From NCBI GenBank assembly GCA_964534895.1, contig CAZHQB010000001.1:561-64560 (forward strand): a DNA stretch of 64,000 nt. Direction: 5' to 3'. The notes beneath the pieces were generated by a model. That model was not told where the DNA came from. It made no database searches and saw only the letters and a program-made list of their open reading frames with translations. The translations under genes were made by a program, and so were the position numbers. Numbering within the stretch: the stretch's first letter is position 1; the number at the start of each line of letters is the position of its first letter. Below, piece by piece: positions 13,685 through 24,125 of this stretch. The DNA is from an uncultured Micavibrio sp. GTDB taxonomy: Bacteria; Patescibacteriota; Minisyncoccia; Moranbacterales; GCA-2747515.

Positions 13685-14356
13685 ATGAAATTTGGAAAGT
13701 TGATTGTGATAGATGGTTCAGATGGGTCAGGAAAAGCGACGCAAACAAAGTTGCTTGTGAATAAATTAAAAAAAGATGGTGTAAAAGTAAATACCATGGA
13801 TTTCCCGCAGTATGAAAAAAATTTTTTTGGAGAGTTTATTGGTGAATGTTTAACTGGCGAGTATGGAAATTTTTTAACTTTAGATCCACACATTACGTCG
13901 GTATTGTATGCGGCAGATCGTTTTGAATCATCAGAAAAATTAAAAAGATGGCTTAATGATGGTCGTATTGTTATATTAGATAGATATGTTAGTGCGAATC
14001 AAATTCATCAAGGAGGAAAAATATTTGAACCAATTAAACGTAAGAAATTTTTGACATGGCTTGAAAAATTAGAATATGATATATTTAAATTACCACGGCC
14101 AGATAAAGTAATTTATCTTGATGTACCTGTCACAACTTCTGTTGGGCTTTTGCAACAATCACAACAGAAAAAACAATATCAAAAAGATGGAAAGAAAGAT
14201 TTAGTAGAGCAAAGTATGGATTATTTAAAGAATGCTCGTAGAAGTGCTTTGTGGTTATCTAGAAATAGTAAAAATTGGATACGTATAGAATGTGTAAAAA
14301 ATGGAGAATTAAGGTCAATTGAGGATATACATAATGATATTTATGAAATTGTTTAA
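13685..14356 (+). CDS. tmk: Thymidylate (dTMP) kinase
   Basis: P-loop LIVIDGSDGSGKATQ and DRY-type motif DRYVSANQIHQG. The ATG at 13685 is preferred; the track's 13643 is a TTG. Confidence 0.9.
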   Translation: MKFGKLIVIDGSDGSGKATQTKLLVNKLKKDGVKVNTMDFPQYEKNFFGEFIGECLTGEYGNFLTLDPHITSVLYAADRFESSEKLKRWLNDGRIVILDRYVSANQIHQGGKIFEPIKRKKFLTWLEKLEYDIFKLPRPDKVIYLDVPVTTSVGLLQQSQQKKQYQKDGKKDLVEQSMDYLKNARRSALWLSRNSKNWIRIECVKNGELRSIEDIHNDIYEIV

Positions 14357-14373
14357 TAAAGCTATAAAAAAAT

Positions 14374-15198
14374 ATGAAACAATATTTAGAATTATTAAAA
14401 GATATTCGTGATAATGGTGTAGGAAAAGATGATCGTACAGGTACTGGTACAAGGAGTATATTTGGGAGACAATTACGTTTTGATCTGTCAGAAGGTTTTC
14501 CTCTATTAACGACAAAAAAAGTATTTTTCAAAGGAATTGTATATGAATTATTATGGTTGCTTAGCGGCGATACTAATATTGAGTATCTTAAGAATAATGG
14601 TGTGAATATTTGGAATGAATGGGCTGATGAAAATGGAGATTTGGGACCAGTATATGGGGCACAGTGGAGGAATTGGGCCAATGAGGGAATTGATCAAATT
14701 TCAATAGCAGTTAACGAAATTAAAACAAACCCAACAAATAGACGTATTATAGTGTCAGCTTGGAATCCTAGTGTTTTGCCAGATACTACCAAATCTTTTT
14801 CTGAAAATGTGGCAAATGGTAAGGCGGCTTTGCCACCATGTCATGCATGGTTTCAATTTTATGTAACAGAAGGTAAATTATCATGTCAATTGTATCAGCG
14901 AAGTGCAGATGTCTTTTTGGGGGTGCCATTTAATATTGCAAGTTACGCACTTTTAACAATGATGATGGCACAAGTGTGTAATTTAGAAGTTGGAGATTTT
15001 GTACATACGTTTGGGGATGTACATATTTATAATAATCACATAGATCAAGTCAATAAACAATTATTGCGTACTCCAAAAACTTTACCAGTAATGAAATTAA
15101 ATCCAGAAATAAAAGATATCTTTGGATTTGTATATAATGATTTCAAATTAGTTGGATACGATCCGGCTCCAGCTATAAAAGCACCAGTTTCAATATAA
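14374..15198 (+). CDS. thyA: Thymidylate synthase
   Basis: Conserved N-terminus [25 protein letters not shown], the catalytic-Cys context [12 protein letters not shown] and a C-terminal AP(V/I) tail. Confidence 0.95.
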   Translation: MKQYLELLKDIRDNGVGKDDRTGTGTRSIFGRQLRFDLSEGFPLLTTKKVFFKGIVYELLWLLSGDTNIEYLKNNGVNIWNEWADENGDLGPVYGAQWRNWANEGIDQISIAVNEIKTNPTNRRIIVSAWNPSVLPDTTKSFSENVANGKAALPPCHAWFQFYVTEGKLSCQLYQRSADVFLGVPFNIASYALLTMMMAQVCNLEVGDFVHTFGDVHIYNNHIDQVNKQLLRTPKTLPVMKLNPEIKDIFGFVYNDFKLVGYDPAPAIKAPVSI

Positions 15199-15214
15199 AA
15201 AATAAAAATTATAA

Positions 15215-15727
15215 ATGAAAAATAAAAAATGTGAAATTATAATAATAGCAGCCATTGGAAAGAATAATGAATTGGGAAAAAATAATGATTTAATTTGGAA
15301 TATACCTGGTGATTTAAAACGTTTTAAAGAATTGACACGGGGGCATCCTGTTATTATGGGATATAATACTTTTAAATCATTGGGACTATGCGCATTACCG
15401 GAACGAACTAATATTGTTATGGCATTTAAAGAGATGGCCGATGAAGATGTTAAGGTTGTACAGTCACTTAATGATGCAATTATTATGGCTAAAAATGCGC
15501 AGGGAAGTGATAAAATTTTTATTATTGGAGGTGGAACTATTTATAATTTATTTTTGCCATTGGCAGATACGTTGAATTTGACAATTGTGGATGAAGAAGA
15601 TGATAAGGCAGATGTATTTTTTCCAGAATATGATGATGAGGATTTTAATGAAATATCATGTGAAGAGAAAGAAGTTGATGGATTGAAATTTAAGTTTGTT
15701 GTTAAACAAAGAAAAAGTAAGTATTAA
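15215..15727 (+). CDS. folA: Dihydrofolate reductase
   Basis: The motif IIAAIGKNNELGKNNDLIWNIPGDLKRFKELT fits DHFR. 170 aa, in the canonical position next to thyA. Confidence 0.9.
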   Translation: MKNKKCEIIIIAAIGKNNELGKNNDLIWNIPGDLKRFKELTRGHPVIMGYNTFKSLGLCALPERTNIVMAFKEMADEDVKVVQSLNDAIIMAKNAQGSDKIFIIGGGTIYNLFLPLADTLNLTIVDEEDDKADVFFPEYDDEDFNEISCEEKEVDGLKFKFVVKQRKSKY

Positions 15728-15731
15728 ATAT

Positions 15732-15848
15732 ATGAAGAGATTTTTAATAAAAACTATAATTTATATAATTCTTTTTGTAATTATTTTAGCTTTTTTGTGG
15801 CAATTTTTGCTTAACGAGTCATTATTGGATGTTTTAATAAATAGATAA
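15732..15848 (+). CDS. Possible 38-aa hydrophobic micro-protein (MKRFLIKTIIYIILFVIILAFLWQFLLNESLLDVLINR)
   Basis: A small ORF fills the folA-mnmA gap and encodes one TM helix with a positive-inside N-terminus. It has no recognisable SD sequence, so it could be spurious. Confidence 0.25.
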   Translation: MKRFLIKTIIYIILFVIILAFLWQFLLNESLLDVLINR

Positions 15849-15851
15849 AAT

Positions 15852-16904
15852 ATGAAAATAGCAGTATTAGTCAGTGGTGGTGTTGATAGTTCTGTTGCCT
15901 TGCATTTATTGAAGACTCAAGGTCATGATTTGGAAGCATTTTATCTCAAAATTTGGCTTGAAGATGAGATGTCTTTTTTGGGTGAATGTCCGTGGGAAAA
16001 AGATTTATCGTATGTAGAGAAGGTGTGTAAGCAATGTGATGTTAAATTGAATACTGTACCATTGCAAAAAGAGTATTATGAGCGTGTAGTAAACTATACT
16101 ATAGATGCTGTACGAAAGGGATTAACTCCGAATCCAGATATGCTTTGCAATCGAGAAATTAAATTTGGTGCTTTTTATGATAAATTTGGTAAAGATTTTG
16201 ACAAAATAGCATCAGGCCATTATGCTCAAATTGAAGAACAAAAAAATGGAAGCGTAAAACTTAAACGTGCACCTGATCTTGTAAAAGATCAGACATATTT
16301 TTTAGCAATGATGCGTCAAGAGCAATTGCAAAAAGCCTTATTTCCGATTGGTAAAATGAATAAAAAAGAGGTGAGGCAATATGCTATACAAAATAATTTA
16401 GCAACTGCAATGCGTAAAGATTCACAAGGCATTTGTTTTTTGGGTAAGATTGCTTTTTCTGATTTTGTTAAAGAACATTTAGGCATAAAAAAAGGGAAAT
16501 TTATAGAAAAAGAAACTGGTAAAGAACTTGGTGAGCATGATGGTTTTTATTTTTATACAATAGGACAAAGGCGTGGTATTAATATAAATAATGGACCTTG
16601 GTATGTTTGTGGTAAAGATGTAGAAAAAAATATCATTTATCTCACACATGGATATACGGGAAATGATCAAAGGCGTGATAATTTTGACATAGCAAATATA
16701 AATTGTATTGGAAAAATTCCGATAAAAAAAGAATTATTAGTAAAGTTACGTCACGGTGAAAACTTTTATACTTGCAATATTGATGTTTATGACAAAAATG
16801 GTGCACATGTTATTCTTAATCAAAAAGATCCAGGAATAACACCTGGGCAATATGCAGTATTTTATGATGAACAATATTGCTTAGGTGGTGGAGTTGTAGT
16901 TTGA
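15852..16904 (+). CDS. mnmA: tRNA-specific 2-thiouridylase
   Basis: PP-loop VLVSGGVDSS, catalytic cysteines and a C-terminal beta-barrel. 350 aa. Confidence 0.9.
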   Translation: MKIAVLVSGGVDSSVALHLLKTQGHDLEAFYLKIWLEDEMSFLGECPWEKDLSYVEKVCKQCDVKLNTVPLQKEYYERVVNYTIDAVRKGLTPNPDMLCNREIKFGAFYDKFGKDFDKIASGHYAQIEEQKNGSVKLKRAPDLVKDQTYFLAMMRQEQLQKALFPIGKMNKKEVRQYAIQNNLATAMRKDSQGICFLGKIAFSDFVKEHLGIKKGKFIEKETGKELGEHDGFYFYTIGQRRGININNGPWYVCGKDVEKNIIYLTHGYTGNDQRRDNFDIANINCIGKIPIKKELLVKLRHGENFYTCNIDVYDKNGAHVILNQKDPGITPGQYAVFYDEQYCLGGGVVV

Positions 16905-16934
16905 GTTAGTATTATTTATAGTTTATGATATAAT

Positions 16935-17639
16935 ATGCGCATGACATATCAAGTAAAAATGGAGCAATTTGAAGGTCCTCTGGATCTCCTTTTAGATTTA
17001 ATAGAAAAGGAAAAGGTAGATATAACTAGAGTATCTCTTGCTAAGATTGCGGATGAATATTTAGACTACATTAATAAACATAAAAATATTTCTTTATATA
17101 ATCTTGCAGATTTCTTATCTGTTGCTGCAAAATTGATTTTAATCAAATCAAAGGCTTTGTTGCCACTGCTTAAATTAGATGATGATGAAGAAGAAGATTT
17201 AAAAGAATTAGAGTTACAATTAGCTGCATTAGAAGTCTTTAAAAGACATAATGAAATTTTTAAAGAATTGTTTGAACAATCGCAGAGTATGTATGGTAAT
17301 GGTGGTGTATGGGGGCAAGATGCATATTTTTGTCCACCTAAAAATATAACTGTAAAAGATATAAGGGACGCATTTTTGGTTTCGCTTCATGCGATTCCTC
17401 GTGTAGAAGAAATGGAAGAAAAAATTGTTAGTGATGTCATTTCGCTTGAACGTCGTATTGCAGAAATTCAACATAGCGTGAAAAATAGAGCAGTAACTGT
17501 ATTTTCTGATATTACGGCAGATGCAAATGATAAATCTGAAGTAGTAATTTCATTCTTAGCTTTGTTAGAGCTTGTTAAACAACAAATAATTATAGCTAAA
17601 CAGTCTAAGATTTTTGCTGATATTGAATTAAGGAAATAA
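16935..17639 (+). CDS. scpA: Segregation and condensation protein A
   Basis: N-terminal motif FEGPLDLLLDLIEKEKVDITRVSLAKIADEYL. It is paired with scpB downstream. Confidence 0.85.
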   Translation: MRMTYQVKMEQFEGPLDLLLDLIEKEKVDITRVSLAKIADEYLDYINKHKNISLYNLADFLSVAAKLILIKSKALLPLLKLDDDEEEDLKELELQLAALEVFKRHNEIFKELFEQSQSMYGNGGVWGQDAYFCPPKNITVKDIRDAFLVSLHAIPRVEEMEEKIVSDVISLERRIAEIQHSVKNRAVTVFSDITADANDKSEVVISFLALLELVKQQIIIAKQSKIFADIELRK

Positions 17640-17651
17640 TATTAAATATAT

Positions 17652-18227
17652 ATGAACAAACAAGAACAAAATATGGTAGAACTTTTGGAATCTGTATTAT
17701 TTATGTATGGTAGAGAAATTTCTTTTTCTCGTATTGGAGAATTATTAGAATTGTCTGATGATGAAGTTTTGGATGTTATTATTAAGTTGCAGAAAGAGTA
17801 TAAAAAACGAGAAAATTGTGGGTTGCATATTTTGGTACAAAATAAACAAATACAAATTGTGACACACCCAAGTTCAGCAAAAATTATTGAACAAATAACA
17901 AGAAAAGAATTGGAGGGACCGTTAACACCTGTTGCTAGTGAGGTTTTGGCGATTATCGCATATCGTGGTCCAATAAATAAAATTGATATTGAGGCAATTC
18001 GTGGTGTAAATTGTTCTTTCACTTTGCGTAATTTGTTACGAAGAGGCCTCATTAAAAAAACTATAAGTGATGATAGTAGGAAATTACAGCAATATAATAT
18101 TACTATGGATTTTTTGCGTGTGCTTGGACTTGATTCTATAGAAAAATTACCAGAATATGATGAACTGTCTAATGACAAGCGTATCGATGCGATCTTGTAT
18201 AATGACCAAAATAATAATGATATTTAA
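17652..18227 (+). CDS. scpB: Segregation and condensation protein B
   Basis: Winged-helix motifs LESVLFMYGREIS and VLAIIAYRGPINKIDIEAIRGV. Confidence 0.85.
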   Translation: MNKQEQNMVELLESVLFMYGREISFSRIGELLELSDDEVLDVIIKLQKEYKKRENCGLHILVQNKQIQIVTHPSSAKIIEQITRKELEGPLTPVASEVLAIIAYRGPINKIDIEAIRGVNCSFTLRNLLRRGLIKKTISDDSRKLQQYNITMDFLRVLGLDSIEKLPEYDELSNDKRIDAILYNDQNNNDI

Positions 18228-19300
18228 TGAAAGAGGAAATGACACAAAAACAGCGCACGACGCTTGCGACTTATCCCATCGCAGTATTTTTGTTTTTTGC
18301 ATTCCTTCTAGGAGCGACTGTTTTTTTGAGTCATGTGGAGAATAAGACTGAGCAAACACAAGTTGAAAAACATAAGAATATACAAAAAAATATAAATCAG
18401 GCAAGTATTCAAAATCAATTGAAGACAGTTTTAGCAAAAGAAAATAATTCGTTAAAACATGCTACATATCAACCAATTAAGAAAAAAAATTTTTCAGATT
18501 TAACTTTAGAAAATGCACATGCAGCAATTATACTTGATGTGGATTCAGGTACAATTTTATATGAAAAAAATGCTACACAAAAGAGATCACTTGCTTCAAT
18601 TACAAAGTTAGTTACTGCCATGATAACCATTGATCGTGTGAGGGATTTGAATGAAGTTGTGACAATTCCAGAATCTGTTATGCATATTGAGGGCACAACG
18701 GTTGGTTGCCCAACCTCTGTGATTTGTAATAGTGAACCATTTCACACGGGTGAAAAAGTTTATTTAAAGGATGTTTTGCGGTCAATGCTTATGTTTAGTG
18801 CTAATGATGCCGCAACTGTTTTAGGAGTTCATATTGCTGGTAGTGAAGAAGAATTTGCTAAATTAATGAATGCACGTATGAAAGAGATTGGTGCGGGTAA
18901 TACACATTTTTGTCGTCCTTCCGGATTGGAGTTTGATGCTGATGTAGAGTCTTGCTATTCAAGTGCATATGATATTGCACGGGCTATTGCACATTTGTTG
19001 CAATATGACAAATACAATGTTTTATGGGATATGATGCGCACAAAAGAAGTCGTGTTTAAATCCGTAGATGGTAAATTTGAACATGAGCTCAAAAATACAG
19101 ATCGTTTGATAGGTGAATTGCCAAATTTGGTGGGAGCAAAAACGGGATTCACACCACGAGCAGGATATTGTTTGGCGATGGTTACATCTGATGCAAATAA
19201 AAAGCATAAAATAATATCAATTGTACTTGATGATTATCATCGCTTTGATGATGTTCAAAAAATGAGTGCATGGACATTTGAAAATTATGTATGGCAGTAA
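18227..19300 (+). CDS. dacA: D-alanyl-D-alanine carboxypeptidase (serine-type, PBP5/6-like, peptidase S11)
   Basis: N-terminal TM anchor, then the SXXK motif SITK, the SXN motif SAND and KTG (GAKTGFT). Confidence 0.85.
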   Translation: MKEEMTQKQRTTLATYPIAVFLFFAFLLGATVFLSHVENKTEQTQVEKHKNIQKNINQASIQNQLKTVLAKENNSLKHATYQPIKKKNFSDLTLENAHAAIILDVDSGTILYEKNATQKRSLASITKLVTAMITIDRVRDLNEVVTIPESVMHIEGTTVGCPTSVICNSEPFHTGEKVYLKDVLRSMLMFSANDAATVLGVHIAGSEEEFAKLMNARMKEIGAGNTHFCRPSGLEFDADVESCYSSAYDIARAIAHLLQYDKYNVLWDMMRTKEVVFKSVDGKFEHELKNTDRLIGELPNLVGAKTGFTPRAGYCLAMVTSDANKKHKIISIVLDDYHRFDDVQKMSAWTFENYVWQ

Positions 19301-19553
19301 ATTAAAATATTGCATACTCTGAACATATTTTTAAATTGCTTGTGTAATTTTATTTTTCTTGTAAAAAGAAGTTTTATAATGAATATTTTGTATAATTATA
19401 TGATGTTATTTTAACAATGATGTGTGCATAGCAGAAAGTTTAATAGTGTGTTCATATATACAGGTATTATATTTTTGTGTTATAATAATGTGTATGCATA
19501 TAGGAGTAAATGACATTTGTAGTACACCAGAAGTGGTTAATGTTTTAAAAATT

Positions 19554-20597
19554 ATGCTTACGGGTATGATTGCTTTTATTATTGCCTTTCTAATTACTCC
19601 AATTTGGACTCATTTTTTATATAAATATAAATTTGGTATTAAAATCAAAAATAATGGAGTACAGGGTGATCAATTACAGTATGTTAATACATTGCATGCT
19701 GATAAATCAGGTACACCTACTATGGGAGGAGTCATTGTTTGGATGAGTATCTTTGTGTTAATTTTTGCTTCAGAATATTTATTTCCAATTTTTGCGCAGT
19801 TGTTTGATAAGGGTTTTATAGCACGATTAGATTTTTTCTCTAGACAACAGACTTATTTACCACTCTTTGCACTTGTAACGACTGGTGTGTTAGGTTTATT
19901 TGATGATGTCATGAGTGTACGCGGTTGGGGTAGTAATAAGGGTGGTGGTATGAGGTTTGCTGTTAGATTTTGGTGGCTTTTCGGCATTTCTGCCTTGGGT
20001 GCTTGGTGGTTTTATTCAAAATTAGGTTGGGATATAATTCATATTCCAGCAATTGGTGATTTTGGGATAGGGTTGTGGTATATTCCACTTTTCATAGGAG
20101 TAATTCTTTTTATGGCTTTTTCATCCAATGAAACAGATGGTCTAGATGGACTCAATGCCGGTATTCTTATGATGGCATTTTCAGCTTTTACTATTATTGC
20201 GTTTTCACAAAATAAGATTGATCTTGCATCATTTTGTATGGCTATTTCAGGTGCTTTGTTAGCATTCTTGTGGTTTAATGTTTATCCTGCTCGATTTTTT
20301 ATGGGAGATACTGGAGCAATAAGTCTTGGCGCTACTTTGGGTGTTGTGGCAATGCTTACGGATTCTGTAGCTGTTCTTTTTATTATTGTTTTTATATATG
20401 TATTAGAGTCTGGAAGTGCATTATTACAAATTATATCAAAGAAGTTTTTTAAGAGAAAAATATTTCTTGCTGCCCCAATTCACCACCACTTTGAGGCGAT
20501 GGGTTGGCCAGAACCGAAGGTCACTATGCGAGCGTGGATTTTTACTGCTGTTATGGTTGTTCTTGGACTCATTATTGGTCTTATTGGTATGGGATAA
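19554..20597 (+). CDS. mraY: Phospho-N-acetylmuramoyl-pentapeptide transferase
   Basis: Polytopic glycosyltransferase-family-4 membrane protein with DDVMSVRG, NETDGLDGL and the MraY-specific motif PIHHHFE. The ATG at 19554 is preferred over the track's 19422. Confidence 0.85.
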   Translation: MLTGMIAFIIAFLITPIWTHFLYKYKFGIKIKNNGVQGDQLQYVNTLHADKSGTPTMGGVIVWMSIFVLIFASEYLFPIFAQLFDKGFIARLDFFSRQQTYLPLFALVTTGVLGLFDDVMSVRGWGSNKGGGMRFAVRFWWLFGISALGAWWFYSKLGWDIIHIPAIGDFGIGLWYIPLFIGVILFMAFSSNETDGLDGLNAGILMMAFSAFTIIAFSQNKIDLASFCMAISGALLAFLWFNVYPARFFMGDTGAISLGATLGVVAMLTDSVAVLFIIVFIYVLESGSALLQIISKKFFKRKIFLAAPIHHHFEAMGWPEPKVTMRAWIFTAVMVVLGLIIGLIGMG

Positions 20598-20625
20598 TGT
20601 AATTTAGTCTTTAAAATATTAAGAG

Positions 20626-21702
20626 ATGAATAATATAAAAATAAAAAAAATACAAGATGTAAAAGTTTATGGAAAGAAAGTGTTAGTGAGGGTTGATTTT
20701 AATGTTTTACTTGATGATGAAGGTGATGTTAAATCAACTTATAAAATATTAGCGGCGAAAGACACCGTTGATTATTTGATTGATAATGGTGTAAGTCATA
20801 TTGCATTACTTACACATTTTGGTCGTCCAAATGGCAAAATTGATGAGAGATTTTCTCTTAAAAAAATAACTGATGATATTACTAGGATATTTCAACGAAA
20901 GGTAGTATTTACATCAAAATGTATTGGGGGAAATGTTATTAAAGCAATGAACGACTTAGGACAAAATGAGTTGTTATTATTGGAGAATGTTCGTTTTTTT
21001 AAAGAAGAAAAAGAAGATAGAGAAACATTTGCTGCAAAATTATGTGCTCCATTTGATATTTATGTAAATGAGGCATTTGGAGTTTCGCATAGAAAACATG
21101 CATCAGTACACGCAATTACGCGATGTATTCCATCTTATGCAGGATTGTGGTTGCAAAAAGAATTAGAAAATTTGAGACGTGTAAAGTATGAACCAACTCA
21201 ACCTGCCGTTGCAATTATTGGTGGTGCTAAGATAGATACAAAAGTTCCAATGATAAATACTTTTTCTAAAAAATACAGCACTGTATTAGTAGGTGGCAAA
21301 ATTGCAGTGGAGGCGAAAGAACGTGATATGAAATTTGGAGATGACGTTATTTTTCCAGTTGATTTTGAATATAAATATTTAGATATTGGATCAAAAACAA
21401 TTGAGCGTTTTTGTAATATAATAAAAAATGCAAAAACGATTGTATGGAATGGACCTATGGGACTTATTGAAAAAAATGAATATAAAAAGGGTACATTATC
21501 TTTAATTAAAGAAATAGCAAATAATATTGAAGCTTTTAGTCTTATTGGAGGAGGAGAGAGTGCACAAATGGTGGATGAAAGTGGTTTATTGGATAAAATT
21601 TCCTTTGTATCAACGGGAGGTGGGGCCATGCTTGCTTATTTAGGGGGTGAAGAAATGCCTGGTATTAATATGCTTTTGTGTAAAGATGAAAAATGTGAAT
21701 GA
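20626..21702 (+). CDS. pgk: Phosphoglycerate kinase
   Basis: N-terminal motif KKVLVRVDFNV and the C-terminal ATP-binding motif GGGA (STGGGAMLAYL). Confidence 0.95.
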   Translation: MNNIKIKKIQDVKVYGKKVLVRVDFNVLLDDEGDVKSTYKILAAKDTVDYLIDNGVSHIALLTHFGRPNGKIDERFSLKKITDDITRIFQRKVVFTSKCIGGNVIKAMNDLGQNELLLLENVRFFKEEKEDRETFAAKLCAPFDIYVNEAFGVSHRKHASVHAITRCIPSYAGLWLQKELENLRRVKYEPTQPAVAIIGGAKIDTKVPMINTFSKKYSTVLVGGKIAVEAKERDMKFGDDVIFPVDFEYKYLDIGSKTIERFCNIIKNAKTIVWNGPMGLIEKNEYKKGTLSLIKEIANNIEAFSLIGGGESAQMVDESGLLDKISFVSTGGGAMLAYLGGEEMPGINMLLCKDEKCE

Positions 21703-21804
21703 GTGTGATATAATTAGTTAGGAGATGTTTGCAGAATTACAAAAATTATATAATTCTGATTTTCGTAAACATTTTTCAGTGAATAATAAGAATAATAAAA
21801 AAAT

Positions 21805-23058
21805 ATGGCAAAAATAAAGAAGATGATTGCGCGTGAGATTTTAGATTCTAGGGGTAATCCAACAGTTGAAGCAGAATTATATTTAGATGATGGTACCAAA
21901 TCTTGGTCGCAAGTTCCTAGTGGTGCTTCTACTGGTGAATTTGAAGCGCTTGAGTTGAGGGATGGTAATGAAGAGCGTTATGGAGGGAAGGGGGTGCTGA
22001 AAGCCGTTGAAAATATTAATACTAAAATAAGTGAGGCCGTTGTAGGCATGGAAGTAAAAGAACAAAGAGCTATTGATGATAAAATGATAGAGCTTGATGG
22101 TAGTGATAATAAGGAAAATTTAGGAGCTAATGCAATTTTGGCAGTTTCTCTTGCTAGTTGTCGTGCTGGTGCAATTAGTATTAAAAAACCTTTATATAAA
22201 TATATTGCTGATTTACATAATACAAAAGAAGTGGACATGCCCATCCCAATGTTTAATATTATAAATGGAGGACAGCATGCGGATAGCGGGTTAGCCATTC
22301 AAGAATACAAGATTGTTCCTAGTGGCATAGATTCATTTAAAGAGCAATATCGTGCTGGTGCAGAAATCTTTCATGTGCTTAAAAAATATTTTGCTGATAA
22401 AAAATTAGCAACTTCAGTTGGAGATGAAGGTGGATTTGCACCTAGACTTAAAAGTAATACAGAACCATTTAAAGCTATTGAAGTAGCTACAAAAACAGCA
22501 GGTTATAGAATGGGTGAACAGATTAATATCGCAATTGATTCAGCAGCAAATTGGTTTTATCATGAAAAATGTGGTCATTATACATTTGAACTTGAAGATA
22601 AAGCATTTACAGTCTCAGAACTTTTAGATGAATATCAAAAATGGATAAATGAGTATTATATTATGAGTATTGAAGATGGGTTAAGTGAATATGATTGGGA
22701 AGGATGGCATACTATGTATGAAAAATTTGATAAACAAATTATGCTTATAGGAGATGATCTGATTGTAACTAATGTTGATAGATTACAAAGAGCTATTGAT
22801 GAAAAATCTTGTAATTCAGTGCTCATTAAACCAAATCAAATTGGCACGGTCAGTGAAACATTGGATTGTGTGAGATTGGCTCAGGATAATAATTTAAAAG
22901 TAGTTGTATCACATAGAAGCGGAGAGACGATTGATGATTTTATTGCTGATTTATCAGTAGGTATTTCTGCTGATTTTATTAAAACTGGTTCATTATCCAG
23001 AGGAGAGCGCTTGTGTAAATATAACAGATTACTAACAATTTCAGAAACGGTAAAATGA
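21805..23058 (+). CDS. eno: Enolase
   Basis: N-terminal motif AREILDSRGNPTVEAEL, plus SHRSGETID and IKPNQIGT. Confidence 0.95.
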   Translation: MAKIKKMIAREILDSRGNPTVEAELYLDDGTKSWSQVPSGASTGEFEALELRDGNEERYGGKGVLKAVENINTKISEAVVGMEVKEQRAIDDKMIELDGSDNKENLGANAILAVSLASCRAGAISIKKPLYKYIADLHNTKEVDMPIPMFNIINGGQHADSGLAIQEYKIVPSGIDSFKEQYRAGAEIFHVLKKYFADKKLATSVGDEGGFAPRLKSNTEPFKAIEVATKTAGYRMGEQINIAIDSAANWFYHEKCGHYTFELEDKAFTVSELLDEYQKWINEYYIMSIEDGLSEYDWEGWHTMYEKFDKQIMLIGDDLIVTNVDRLQRAIDEKSCNSVLIKPNQIGTVSETLDCVRLAQDNNLKVVVSHRSGETIDDFIADLSVGISADFIKTGSLSRGERLCKYNRLLTISETVK

Positions 23059-24125
23059 AAAATACAAAATCAATCATTACAAAATATTGTGGCATATCGA
23101 AAAGTAGAGTACTTTGTATTGGTAGTATGGGAAAAGATATTTTTTTACCAGTTACCTCTGGTGCGGTAGTTGATTCAGATATGGAACAAAGTAAAGTAAA
23201 ACAATTTTGTTTTCGTTATGGAGGCAAAATACATGTAAAGGACCGTTTCAATGCACCTGGTGGTTGTGCTTGCAATGTTTCTATAGGATTGTCTCGTTTA
23301 GGTATTGACGTATCATCTTTAGGCAATATTGGTGATGATTATGATGGGGAATGGATTAGAAAAATATTAGATAGTGAGCATGTAAATACTAGAAAAATAA
23401 ATGTAAAACAAGGAAAAAATTCTGATATATCAGTTGTTGTTGTAGATGCAAATGAAGGGGAGCGTACGATTTTTGTTAATCGAGATGTTGGTGAAGAATT
23501 AATAATTAAAAAACAGGATTTGGATGATTTTGATTGGTGTTTTGTGGGGTCCCTGTATGGGGAAAATATTAGAGATAATGTGCAAATAATTCATGACAAA
23601 TTGTTAAATACGAAACTTAAATTAGTTTATAATCCAGGAGGCAAAAATATTAAGCAAGATGTAGATATTGTTTTAGATTTAATACATCATGCAAATATTA
23701 TTTTTGTAAATAAATCGGAAGCACGTGAAATTGTGTCAAAGTTTAATTTATCGTATACTAAAGAAGAGTTTTCAGATGAACGATATTTATTAACAATATT
23801 AAGAGAGCATATGCAAAATGATAATGGAATAGTTGTGGTGACAGATGGTCGTCGGGGTGCTTGGGTATGTGATGGTAAAAATATGTATCATACAAAAACA
23901 ATTAATAAACCAGTGTGTGATGCTACTGGCGCAGGAGATGCATTTGCTAGCGGATTTTTTGCAGCTGTTCTATATCGATTACCACTTAAGAAGTGTATTG
24001 TGTGGGGTAGTATAAATGGGGATAGTGTTGTTGATTATTATGGTGCACAAAAAGGATTGCAAACATGTGGTACAATTCAAGATAGGATGGGATTATTTGT
24101 AGTAGAAAATAAAAAGAATAAATGA
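23055..24125 (+). CDS. PfkB-family carbohydrate kinase (ribokinase-like)
   Basis: C-terminal motif DATGAGDAFASGFFAAVL. The gene overlaps its neighbours through ATGA start-stop overlaps. Confidence 0.75.
   Translation: MKNTKSIITKYCGISKSRVLCIGSMGKDIFLPVTSGAVVDSDMEQSKVKQFCFRYGGKIHVKDRFNAPGGCACNVSIGLSRLGIDVSSLGNIGDDYDGEWIRKILDSEHVNTRKINVKQGKNSDISVVVVDANEGERTIFVNRDVGEELIIKKQDLDDFDWCFVGSLYGENIRDNVQIIHDKLLNTKLKLVYNPGGKNIKQDVDIVLDLIHHANIIFVNKSEAREIVSKFNLSYTKEEFSDERYLLTILREHMQNDNGIVVVTDGRRGAWVCDGKNMYHTKTINKPVCDATGAGDAFASGFFAAVLYRLPLKKCIVWGSINGDSVVDYYGAQKGLQTCGTIQDRMGLFVVENKKNK

Noticed and set aside
19301-19553. Possible promoter or ncRNA in the 250-nt gap before mraY
   Set aside because: No -35/-10 pair with acceptable spacing and no convincing secondary structure. 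It is probably just the 5' UTR; the ORF-track N-terminal extension of mraY (19422) is non-homologous.
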